Source of the DNA: an uncultured archaeon
GTDB lineage: Archaea; Thermoplasmatota; Poseidoniia; MGIII; CG-Epi1
Direction: 5' to 3'
Assembly (NCBI GenBank): GCA_964389465.1
Contig: CAYMDK010000001.1
Location: 188,316-252,315, forward strand
DNA: 64,000 nt
Below, piece after piece: positions 1 through 8,406 of the stretch (positions are counted from its first letter, which is position 1; every line of letters starts with the position of its first letter). Position numbers and translations under genes: made by a program. Under the pieces are notes generated by a model, which did not search any database, was not told the DNA's origin, and worked only from the letters and a program-made list of their open reading frames with translations.

Positions 1-2
1 TC

Positions 3-677
3 GTGCTCTACTGGATACTGCGCGATTACGAATTCGAGGAAGAGGGCTACGCCGGTGTCGAACGCATCTTCATCTGGCTGCAGATAATCACCGCCTGCTA
101 TGTCGCCTTCGCGCATGGCGCCAACGACCGCTCCAACGCCATCGGGCCGATGGCAGCGGTCTGGCAGATTTCGCAACAGGGAGTGCTCGAGTCGCAGGCT
201 GCGGTCCCGACCTGGCTGATACTGCTCGGGAGCGCCGGCATCACCGTCGGCGTGATGACCTGGGGCGCGCGCGTAATGGTCACGATTGGCCGCAAGATTA
301 CCCACATCACCCCCACCCGTGGCTTCGCCGCCGAGTTCGGCGCGGCGACGACGGTGCTGATTTTCTCAATGCCATTTCTGGCGGTCCCGATTTCGACCAC
401 CCACACGCTGGTCGGTGCGGTCGTCGGCGTCGGCCTCGCCGGCGGGACCGCCTCGGTCGACTTCCGCGTCTTCGGCCGTATCGCTGCGTCGTGGGTCGCG
501 AGCCTGCCGGCGGCGGCTGGCGGCGCTATCCTGCTCTACATCCTCTTCGGGCTCGACGAGACTCGCTTCGCGGTGGTGGTTTCGGTCGTCCTCGCGGCGA
601 TAATTTACCTAATCACACGCTCGATTATTGAGGAGCCAAAGCCTGATATTCTGATGGAAGAAGGAGGTGCAGCATGA
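3..677 (+). CDS. inorganic phosphate transporter, PiT family (C-terminal part; 5' end lies outside the window)
   Basis: The ORF enters from the window edge. It is a polytopic membrane protein with a GANDRSNAIGP motif typical of the PiT/PHO4 repeat. Its stop overlaps the next gene's start (ATGA). Confidence 0.8.
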   Translation: MLYWILRDYEFEEEGYAGVERIFIWLQIITACYVAFAHGANDRSNAIGPMAAVWQISQQGVLESQAAVPTWLILLGSAGITVGVMTWGARVMVTIGRKITHITPTRGFAAEFGAATTVLIFSMPFLAVPISTTHTLVGAVVGVGLAGGTASVDFRVFGRIAASWVASLPAAAGGAILLYILFGLDETRFAVVVSVVLAAIIYLITRSIIEEPKPDILMEEGGAA

Positions 678-1336
678 AGTTCTTCGAGAGCCGCATCGGC
701 CCCAGCGTCTTCGAGACTTACTACCGCCACGCCGCCAAGGCGCTTGAGACGGTTGAGCACATGGAGCGCTGCGTCGCCATCGCCTGTGAGGATGGCGATA
801 CCGCCGAGGCGATTGCCGCGACCTCGAACGCCGAGCTGGAGGCGGACGGCCTGAAGAACGAGCTGCGCGGCGTAATGCGTGGGAGCATCCGGCTCGCCAT
901 CTCCAAAGAAGTTTTCCTGGACATGATTACGCGGCAGGACCGCATCGCCGACTACGCCGAGAACGTCACCGAAATCATCTCCTTCCGGCCGCTCTACGAG
1001 GACGCGCAGGCGCGCAAACTACTGCTGGTGCAGGCGCAGTCGGTGCAGGCGACGGTCAACGAATACGCGAGAGCGGTCGAGAAACTGCAGGAGCTGTTGG
1101 AGTCGGGCTTCGCGACGAAGGTGAAGGAGGAGCTGCACCAGCTGATTGCCAGCGTCAACCTGCTCGAGCATCAGGCGGACGAGAAGGAGGCCGCCACGGC
1201 CGCCTACGTCTTTTCGCACGGCGACGACACACCGCTGGCGGCGACGCACATGTATCGCGTTGCGCAGCGGCTCGACGACGTCGCCAACGCCACCGAGCAC
1301 GCAGCCAATTCGCTGCTGCCGCTGGCAAGCCACTAA
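674..1336 (+). CDS. DUF47 / PhoU-like phosphate-transport accessory protein
   Basis: 220 aa helical protein translationally coupled to the PiT gene, which is the usual PiT-DUF47 pairing. Confidence 0.7.
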   Translation: MKFFESRIGPSVFETYYRHAAKALETVEHMERCVAIACEDGDTAEAIAATSNAELEADGLKNELRGVMRGSIRLAISKEVFLDMITRQDRIADYAENVTEIISFRPLYEDAQARKLLLVQAQSVQATVNEYARAVEKLQELLESGFATKVKEELHQLIASVNLLEHQADEKEAATAAYVFSHGDDTPLAATHMYRVAQRLDDVANATEHAANSLLPLASH

Positions 1337-1358
1337 ACCCCCGGACCGCTGCCGGCGC

Positions 1359-2048
1359 GTGAAGCTGGAAGCCCCATTCTACGCGCAGACGATGGAGTTC
1401 AGCTGCGGCTCCGCCTGCGCGCTGATGGCGCTCGGCCACTTCAACCTGGCCGGCCCGCTCGACCGCGACCTGGAAGTCGAGGTGTGGCGCGAGACCAACG
1501 CGATCGAAATCGGCGGCTGCGGCCGCTACGGCGTCGCGGCGCCGCTAGCTTTGCGTGGGTTACGGCCGCACATCATCTCGAGCGCCGACGGACTCGGCCT
1601 GATGGAGCGCGTCCATGAACGCATCACCGGCATCGACCCCGGCACGCTGGAATTCTTCCACGTCATGCAGCAGCGGCTCTGCGCGCGCAATGGCGTTACC
1701 GAAGAGCGGCGCCAGCCGGCGCTGGCCGACATCCGCGCCGCGCTCGCTTCCGAACGGCTGGTGCTGGCGCTGGTCTCAACCGCGCTCTTTCCGGAAGAGA
1801 GTGACGAAATCCCGCATTGGGTGCTGGTGACCGGGCTGCGCGGCAGCGAGCTGCTGGTCCACAACCCGCTCGACCCGCCGGAGCGGGCGCACCGCCCCGT
1901 CGCCGCAAAGGCATTGCTCGCTAGCGCGACGCAGTTCGGCGAGCAGGCGCTGGTTTCCGTAGGCAGCCGCGAGTGGCCTGACGGGGACGCGGTCGCGGAA
2001 CTGCCGCTGCCGGATGGCTTCCTTGAGTACCACTACGAGCCAGCCTAG
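1359..2048 (+). CDS. stand-alone peptidase C39-like cysteine protease domain protein
   Basis: Motifs Q-x4-SCGSACALMAL (catalytic Cys region) and HWVLVTG...VHNPLDP (His/Asp region). I moved the start to the in-frame GTG at 1359, because the upstream part of ORF 1146..2048 overlaps the DUF47 gene. Confidence 0.6.
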   Translation: MKLEAPFYAQTMEFSCGSACALMALGHFNLAGPLDRDLEVEVWRETNAIEIGGCGRYGVAAPLALRGLRPHIISSADGLGLMERVHERITGIDPGTLEFFHVMQQRLCARNGVTEERRQPALADIRAALASERLVLALVSTALFPEESDEIPHWVLVTGLRGSELLVHNPLDPPERAHRPVAAKALLASATQFGEQALVSVGSREWPDGDAVAELPLPDGFLEYHYEPA

Positions 2049-3409
2049 AGCAGGCTGGTGTTGGCCGAGAGGTAGAACCAGACGAGGTAGATTCCAACGG
2101 CGACCATCACCGCGCCGCCCACTACGTGGATGTGGCGGGCCGAGGCGCGCAGCCGGTTGACGATAGTGCTTTCTGAAGAGGCAATCAGCAGCGTAAAGGC
2201 GACCATCAGCGCCGCGGCCGAGAAGGCGTAGAGGCTGAAGACCAGCAGCGCCCCCGCCAGGGTGTATTTCAGGCTGGAAAGAATCAGCGCGATAAACACC
2301 GGTGCGGTGCAGCCGGCTGAGGCGGAGCCGTAGCCGACACCGTACCAGAACTGCCCGGTCAGTCCCGCTTCCCGGCTGGCGGCGAAGCTGAAGTCGCCCC
2401 CGGTCACGCGCTGGATTCCCCGCTCGGCCAGTGCGCTCGGATAGCCGCGCGTCACCATCCCGGCTGCTGCTCCCAGTGCGGAGGAGAGCTGCCGCAGCGG
2501 GCGCAGCAGCGGCTCGAGGCTCCAGTCGAGCAGCATCGAAAGCCCGAGTACGAAGACGGCCGCGCCGACCAGCAATTCGAGCAGCGGAACGTAGTTCGCC
2601 AGCAAGTGCGAGAAGGGCACTACCAGTAGCGCCAGCAGCAGCAACACGACCAGGATGCCGGAGGCGGCAGCAAGGCCGGCCGGCAGCGCTTCGCGTGCGG
2701 TGCGCTCGTTGAGCCCTTTGCTGCCGGTCTTGCGGGTGGTGAGATAGAAGGAAACGTAGCCCGGTAGTAGCGGGAACGAGCAGGGTGAGAAGAAGGAGAG
2801 CGCGCCCGCGCCGATGGCCATCAGGAAAATCGAGTTCTGCTTCACCTTCTCCAGGCTGCCCTCGCCCGAGAGCGCCGCCTCGACCTCCTGCTGGAGCTTA
2901 TCCTGCTTCACAATCCCCAGCGCTGAGAAGGTAATCCGGCCCTGCTGGTCAATCACCACCACCTTGGGAATTTGCTGGGCGTTGTAGCCGGTGATGACCT
3001 CGTCGTCATTGTCGGTAACGTGCAGCCAGTCGTAGCCATATTCGCGCTGCATATCCTCGAGCAGCCCGGGGCTGTCGCCCGCTACGCTGACCGAGATGAT
3101 GACGACCTCGTCGTTGTCACGGTATTCCCCTTCGTAAAGCGGTTTGAGCGTATCACTCGCTACCTTTTTGCAGGGCCCGCACCACTCGGCCATCAGATCC
3201 AGCACTACCACCTGCCCGCGGTAATCCGAGAGCAGGATGGTCTTGCGGTCGCCATCCACGCCATCGACATATCCGGTCGAGGTGGCGCTGAATTCGGGCG
3301 CCTGTTCGCTCCCGCCAATCAGCATCGTGACCAGCGTCCCGGCAATCAGCAGTACCACCACACCAACGGTGAGCAGCACGCGGTTGCGCTGGAAAAACCG
3401 GAGCACCAT
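2045..3409 (-). CDS. fusion of a TlpA/ResA-like thioredoxin domain with a CcdA/DsbD-type thiol:disulfide transmembrane electron transporter
   Basis: N-terminal TM helix, then a thioredoxin fold with WCGPCKK, then a multi-TM C-terminal half with CcdA-like PC motifs (FFSPCSFPLLPGY, AGCTAPV). Confidence 0.75.
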   Translation of the reverse strand: MVLRFFQRNRVLLTVGVVVLLIAGTLVTMLIGGSEQAPEFSATSTGYVDGVDGDRKTILLSDYRGQVVVLDLMAEWCGPCKKVASDTLKPLYEGEYRDNDEVVIISVSVAGDSPGLLEDMQREYGYDWLHVTDNDDEVITGYNAQQIPKVVVIDQQGRITFSALGIVKQDKLQQEVEAALSGEGSLEKVKQNSIFLMAIGAGALSFFSPCSFPLLPGYVSFYLTTRKTGSKGLNERTAREALPAGLAAASGILVVLLLLALLVVPFSHLLANYVPLLELLVGAAVFVLGLSMLLDWSLEPLLRPLRQLSSALGAAAGMVTRGYPSALAERGIQRVTGGDFSFAASREAGLTGQFWYGVGYGSASAGCTAPVFIALILSSLKYTLAGALLVFSLYAFSAAALMVAFTLLIASSESTIVNRLRASARHIHVVGGAVMVAVGIYLVWFYLSANTSLL

Positions 3410-3436
3410 CGGCTCACGCGCTGCGTTCGCGGCTAA

Positions 3437-3892
3437 TTAAGTTTCGCTCCAGAGCGACGCCAGCCGCGCGCAGAGCCGTTGCAGGAATTCCACCTCGCCC
3501 GGCGAGAAGGGGTCGCGTGTGTGCGAGTCGATATCGAGCTGCGCGACGAACTCGCCGTCGGCGTGGATGGGAATCACGACTTCGGACCGCACCGCGCTGC
3601 CGCACGAAAGGTAGTTCGCCTGCGCTGCTACGTCTGGCACGACCATGCTCTGGCCGCTCTCGGCCACCTGCCCGCAGATACCGCGGCCGAAGGCGATGCG
3701 CACGTGCGCGGTCTCCGCGCCGACGTATGGCCCCAGCACCAGTTCGCGGCCTTCGGCGAGGTAGAAGCCAACCCAGTCGTAATGTGGCACGGACGCCTCG
3801 AGCAGCTGCGCGATTTCGTGTAGCACACCGTCACGGTCGGTTGCTGCGGCGATTATTGCGTCGGCGGCAGTTTTGAGTCGCGTCAGTTCCAT
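3437..3892 (-). CDS. GAF domain protein (free methionine-R-sulfoxide reductase-like)
   Basis: 151 aa. The pattern WVGFYL...LVLGPY.G...RI.FGRGICGQ...V.DV......YLSC....SE.V.PI matches the fRMsr/YebR family. Confidence 0.7.
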   Translation of the reverse strand: MELTRLKTAADAIIAAATDRDGVLHEIAQLLEASVPHYDWVGFYLAEGRELVLGPYVGAETAHVRIAFGRGICGQVAESGQSMVVPDVAAQANYLSCGSAVRSEVVIPIHADGEFVAQLDIDSHTRDPFSPGEVEFLQRLCARLASLWSET

Positions 3893-3903
3893 GACTGCAA
3901 GGT

Positions 3904-5799
3904 TCAGGCCGTCAGCAGTTCCCTGACGCGCGCCTCCACATCGGCCGGCGCGAGCCGCTGGTGCGCAATCTGCTCTGCCTGCCCGCAGTTGCCCGGCCGG
4001 GTGGTGCCCATGTGGCCGTAGCGCGGCGCGAAGCCGCGCTCGAGCAGCCAGCTGCCGTAGCGGATGCCGAGCCCGGTACGCCGGTTCAGGCTCTCAACGA
4101 CCAGTATAAAAGGCGAGGCGCCGAGCCGTACGAGCATTTTTTCGTCAACAACGTTGAGCGTGGGCTTGTTCACTAACCCCACTGAAACGCCTTCAGTGCG
4201 CAGCGTTTCGACGATGTGCAGGCAGCGATGGAGCATGTCGCCGTAGCTCACAATCCAGCCCGCGTCGCCCTCGCGCACGATTTCGTCGCGCCCCGGCTCG
4301 AACTCGTAGCCGTCACCGTGGAGCGGTGCGCCCGCTGCGTCAAGGATTTCCGGCAGCTTTGAGCGGTTGGAGAAGATGAACCGCAGCCCCGGCTCGGGGA
4401 AGACGCGCCGCACCACCGCGTCCATCTGGTGGACATCGGCCGGAAAATAGAGAGCGGTCGGCGCGCCGCCGTCGACGTAGTTGTCGGCGAAGAAGTTGTT
4501 GAGCCCGAAATGGCATGTGTTGTCCGACATCGCGTCAACCCCGGCGTGCGAGAAGTGGCAGAGCAGGTCGACCTCGTTGAGTCGCGACATGGTGATTTCG
4601 GAGATGACCATTTCGAGGAACGCCGAGAAGGTCGCGAAGACCCCCTGACAGCCGGGTTGCGAGCCGAAGCCGGCGGCGGCGAGCAGATTGCCGCGCTCCT
4701 GCACCCCGCCGCTGGTAAAGCACTCGGGGAACTGCTCGCGAACCACCGTCAGCCCCACCGAGCCCTCAAGGTCGGAGTCGAAGGCGCGTACTTGCTGCCG
4801 CTCGTCGGGCGAGAGCCCTGCCAGCACCCCCGCCAGCGAAGCGCCGAACTGCTTGCGGCACGCTCCCGAGGCGCCGCTGCCGAGCAGCTCCGGTGGGGGC
4901 GCCACTGGTCCGCCCTCGATTTCGTCCAGCAGCGCCAGCGCGCGGTCGTGGCCGCGCGCAGCGAGATACTCACGCGCCGCCTCGAGCGTAATCACGTCGT
5001 GCAGTTGCGGCGTTCCCTCGAGCTGCGGGATGCCCGGTCCCATGGCCCGGCGGCAGAGCACTGCCGCCGGGCCATCATGCTGTAGCGCACCAACGATGGC
5101 GACCAGCAGCGCGCGCGTATCTTCGCCGTCGGCCGGGAAGACCGCGAAGCCGTGACCCTCGAGGGTGCGCTCGAGGTCGAACCCCGGCAGGTAGCGGTCG
5201 GGGTAGCCCGCTATCGTGACGTTATTGTCGTCGATAATCCACTTGACGTTGAGGTTGTTGGCGACCGCCAGCCGCGCCGCCTCGGCATTGTTTCCCTCCA
5301 TCTGCGAGCCGTCGGAGCCGAACATCACCACCGCCTGCTTTGGAGAGGCGAGTGCGACGCCGTTGACGTGTCCCGCCGCGTGGCCGAGTCGCCCGCTCGA
5401 GAAGTCGATGCAGTCGAGCAGTTCCTTCTCCGGATGGCCCGCCAGTCCCGAGCCGTATTCGCGGTAGTGCAGCAGCTGTTCCGGCGGCAAGCCGCCCCGT
5501 AGCGCGCCGCGCGCATATTGCAGCGCGGCGCGGTGTCCCGCCTCGTCGAAGAACTGGGGGTGGATGGGCGCTCCGCCGTCGCGCAGCGCGTCGACAATCA
5601 GCACTTCGGGGACGATGTCGTACGGCCCGCCGGTGTGGCCACCGAGGCCTCGTGCGCGGGCGATTGCGGTCAGCGTGATGATGGCGTCGCGCAGCAGCGT
5701 AATGTCGCTTTCCAGCTGCGCCAGCTTCGCTTCGTCAAGCTCTGGTTCAAGAGGTAATTTCAGCCGCGAAAAGCCGCTGAGGTCGAGGGGAAAAGCCAT
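3904..5799 (-). CDS. transketolase-family thiamine-diphosphate enzyme (N- and C-terminal halves fused)
   Basis: 631 aa with a ThDP-binding GSDGSQMEGNNAEA motif and a C-terminal Pyr/TK_C-like region. Confidence 0.75.
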   Translation of the reverse strand: MAFPLDLSGFSRLKLPLEPELDEAKLAQLESDITLLRDAIITLTAIARARGLGGHTGGPYDIVPEVLIVDALRDGGAPIHPQFFDEAGHRAALQYARGALRGGLPPEQLLHYREYGSGLAGHPEKELLDCIDFSSGRLGHAAGHVNGVALASPKQAVVMFGSDGSQMEGNNAEAARLAVANNLNVKWIIDDNNVTIAGYPDRYLPGFDLERTLEGHGFAVFPADGEDTRALLVAIVGALQHDGPAAVLCRRAMGPGIPQLEGTPQLHDVITLEAAREYLAARGHDRALALLDEIEGGPVAPPPELLGSGASGACRKQFGASLAGVLAGLSPDERQQVRAFDSDLEGSVGLTVVREQFPECFTSGGVQERGNLLAAAGFGSQPGCQGVFATFSAFLEMVISEITMSRLNEVDLLCHFSHAGVDAMSDNTCHFGLNNFFADNYVDGGAPTALYFPADVHQMDAVVRRVFPEPGLRFIFSNRSKLPEILDAAGAPLHGDGYEFEPGRDEIVREGDAGWIVSYGDMLHRCLHIVETLRTEGVSVGLVNKPTLNVVDEKMLVRLGASPFILVVESLNRRTGLGIRYGSWLLERGFAPRYGHMGTTRPGNCGQAEQIAHQRLAPADVEARVRELLTA

Positions 5800-5839
5800 G
5801 CCCGCCGGGGCAGATTGAGGCCCGGCTTAAACGTAACCC

Positions 5840-6130
5840 TCAGAGGTTGGGTTTGAGCCTCAGGATTTCGGAGTTGCCGCCGTCAAGAATGGTCACCACC
5901 GAGACCGGGAAAGGCTTACCGCACGCGGCGCCGAGGTCAGAGTTAGTTCCGTCAAACTGGTAAACGTCCGCTTCCGCCTCGAGGACGGTCTCACGCACTC
6001 CGTCCGGGCAGTTGCTCGCCAGTATCACCAGCCGCACCTCGCCGCTGGCGACCGCCTCGCGGCACTGGTTGGCGCCAAGGTCTACCTCGCCGGTGGCGAT
6101 GGCCTTGCGCAGCGCCTTGTTGAGGTCCAT
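5840..6130 (-). CDS. rpl30e: 50S ribosomal protein L30e
   Basis: 96 aa L7Ae/L30e-family pattern (ATGEVDLGANQ...LVILASNCP...VYQFDGTNSDLGAACGKPF). It sits directly after rpoA2, as in archaeal rpo operons. Confidence 0.85.
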   Translation of the reverse strand: MDLNKALRKAIATGEVDLGANQCREAVASGEVRLVILASNCPDGVRETVLEAEADVYQFDGTNSDLGAACGKPFPVSVVTILDGGNSEILRLKPNL

Positions 6131-8406
6131 CAGCCCCCCTTCCCGGGTTTGTAGATGACGCTCACCGCGCCGGTGCCGAGGTGGACCGGCTGGCCGACGA
6201 TGATATTTTCGGCAACACCGGTCAGGACGTCCGACTCCCCGGATAGGCCAGCCAGCAGCAGGTGGGTCGAGGTAATCTCGAACGCGGCCCGGGCGAGGAC
6301 CGAGGTCTTCGCGCCAGAAATCCCGTGTCGGCCAATTGCCTTGATGCGACCGGTATTTGTCATCACGTCGGCGACCAGCAGGTTGTGGCGCATGTCCACC
6401 GAGAGCCCCTGCTCATTCAGCGTCTGGTTCAGCTCGTAGGTGATAGAGTTGCGCGCCGCCTCGATACCGAGCACCGCGGCAATTTCGTGGACCGAGTTGC
6501 TGCTGGTGCGGGTCGGGTCGACTTCCGGCATCGCCAGGACTGCTTTCAGGTCGGACCCCTCGGTAAAGATGACGTATTCGTCCTTATCCTTGCGCACGAT
6601 GGCGCGGGAAATCGAAGCGATGCCGGCCACCTTGAGCTGGCGCACCTTGTCTTCCAGGACGTAGAGTTTCTTGAACGACGGCTCTTTATCGGTCATGACG
6701 ATTTCGCCGCCCTCGATAGTCATCAGGCAGCGCAGCCGCCCCTGTTTCTTGATGCGCGCCGCCAGCAGTTCGTCGGTCAGTTTGCACGCCTTCAGTTCCT
6801 TCTGGTCGGGCTCGATAATCAGCCGCAGGTTGGTCATGTCTGTGCGGATACGCGCCAGACTGCTGACCGAGCGCGCCTCAATCCGCGCCGCGACGTCCAG
6901 CGCCACCTTGCGGTCGGCGGCGAACTGTGGCTCGAGGTAGACCTCCATGATTGGCGTCTTGGGCTCCCGGCGGGCGTCGACAATCTCGATTAGCCGCGGA
7001 AGTCCCAGTGTAACGTTCATTTCGGCAACACCGGCGTAGTGGAAGGTACGCATGGTCATCTGTGTTCCCGGCTCGCCAATCGACTGTGCCGCGAGGATGC
7101 CGACCGCCTCGGTCGCGTCAACCTGCGCGAGGCCATACTGTTTCAGCGCCAGCTTCACAATCTGGCCGTACTGTTTCGCGCTCAGTTTGTGGCCGGCCGT
7201 CTTTTCGGCCAGCTGCCGTACGATGCCCTGAGGCAGCGTCGCCTTCGCTTTCGCGAGCGCCTGTTGCAGTTTCTTCTCAGCAGCGACCAGTTCGCTAAAC
7301 GTGGCCACCAGTTCCTTGACGCCCTTAGCCTTCAGACGCCCTTTCTCGGCGCTGCACGCGATTTCCTCGACGTAGTGGCTCGGGAGCCCCTCCGCCAGCT
7401 TGAGCGCGCGGATGCGGAATGGGTTGAGCTTGCGGCCAGCTTCTGCCTCATCTTCCAGATCGGCGACCTCGACACCCTTAGTCGGTGCCTTGGCCGGCTC
7501 GGCCAGCGCCTTCGCGGCAGCCTCCTCGACCGCCTTGCGGAACTCCTCCAGCCTCGACATCGGGACGCTGGCGTCCTTCAGCTCCTCGTCGGTGGCAGCG
7601 GCCGCTTGTGTAGGGTGGTAGAGTCCACCGGCGAAGAGCCCCTGCGCGCTTTTTTCGGAGAAACCCAGCTCGGTGTAAACGCGCTGCGCGTCGATACGCT
7701 CCTGCTCGAAGCGCAGCCGGTCGCGCGACAGGTCGAACGAGTCCTCGACTTGCGTGTAGTTGCGTGCCGAGCGGACGGGGGTGCCGTCCATCTTGTGGAA
7801 TTCGTCCAGCCGCAGCGTGCGCGGCAGCGGCATCAGCCGCGCGATGCGCAGGAAAGTAACGTAAGGCTCCTCGACGTGTGCCGGCAGCAGCAGCTCTTCC
7901 TCCTCGGGGGTGCCGGGGCGGTCGAACGAGAGCACCTCGGAGATGATGGAGAGGTAGCGGATGCCGTGGTGTTCCTTGAGGTAGACGTAGCCGCTGAAGG
8001 GGTAGCGGAACTGCCGCGCGTTAATCGGGAACGCGACTCCCAGCAGCATCTCGCCCTTCGAGGTGACATGCTCGTTAATCGCGTCAATAGTGTAACCGTC
8101 AGGTAGCGACCAGATTACGCCCAGCTTCTTCTCAACCCTTCGCAACGCGGCGTCGGCCGAGAAGGGGCCATCGCCCGACTTCTCTTCCTCGAGGGCGCCG
8201 GCGACGACCTCTTCGCGGTCAACCTTACGGTTGCTGACCGACTCGATGACTTCCAGGATTTCGCGGAAACTGAAGAGCTTGCGCAGTTGCGCGAGGCTCG
8301 CTTTCTTGAGCGTCCCGAGCTGCTCGCCCGCGTCGGCCGCCTTGGCCGCCAGCGACCGTGACATGCCGCGTCGTTCGAGTGCGCGGATAGTGTCGCTACG
8401 CGCCAT
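6130..8406 (-). CDS. rpoA2: DNA-directed RNA polymerase subunit A'' with a roughly 385 aa N-terminal extension
   Basis: The C-terminal roughly 370 aa are a canonical A'' ([22 protein letters not shown], trigger-loop region). Residues 1-385 are additional. There is a 1-nt overlap with both rpoA1 and rpl30e. Confidence 0.9.
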   Translation of the reverse strand: MARSDTIRALERRGMSRSLAAKAADAGEQLGTLKKASLAQLRKLFSFREILEVIESVSNRKVDREEVVAGALEEEKSGDGPFSADAALRRVEKKLGVIWSLPDGYTIDAINEHVTSKGEMLLGVAFPINARQFRYPFSGYVYLKEHHGIRYLSIISEVLSFDRPGTPEEEELLLPAHVEEPYVTFLRIARLMPLPRTLRLDEFHKMDGTPVRSARNYTQVEDSFDLSRDRLRFEQERIDAQRVYTELGFSEKSAQGLFAGGLYHPTQAAAATDEELKDASVPMSRLEEFRKAVEEAAAKALAEPAKAPTKGVEVADLEDEAEAGRKLNPFRIRALKLAEGLPSHYVEEIACSAEKGRLKAKGVKELVATFSELVAAEKKLQQALAKAKATLPQGIVRQLAEKTAGHKLSAKQYGQIVKLALKQYGLAQVDATEAVGILAAQSIGEPGTQMTMRTFHYAGVAEMNVTLGLPRLIEIVDARREPKTPIMEVYLEPQFAADRKVALDVAARIEARSVSSLARIRTDMTNLRLIIEPDQKELKACKLTDELLAARIKKQGRLRCLMTIEGGEIVMTDKEPSFKKLYVLEDKVRQLKVAGIASISRAIVRKDKDEYVIFTEGSDLKAVLAMPEVDPTRTSSNSVHEIAAVLGIEAARNSITYELNQTLNEQGLSVDMRHNLLVADVMTNTGRIKAIGRHGISGAKTSVLARAAFEITSTHLLLAGLSGESDVLTGVAENIIVGQPVHLGTGAVSVIYKPGKGG

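Noticed and set aside
1146-1358. The N-terminal 71 codons of ORF 1146..2048 (Arg/Pro/Thr-rich).
   Set aside because: They overlap the DUF47 gene in another frame and are low-complexity. The conserved C39-like domain begins after the in-frame GTG at 1359.
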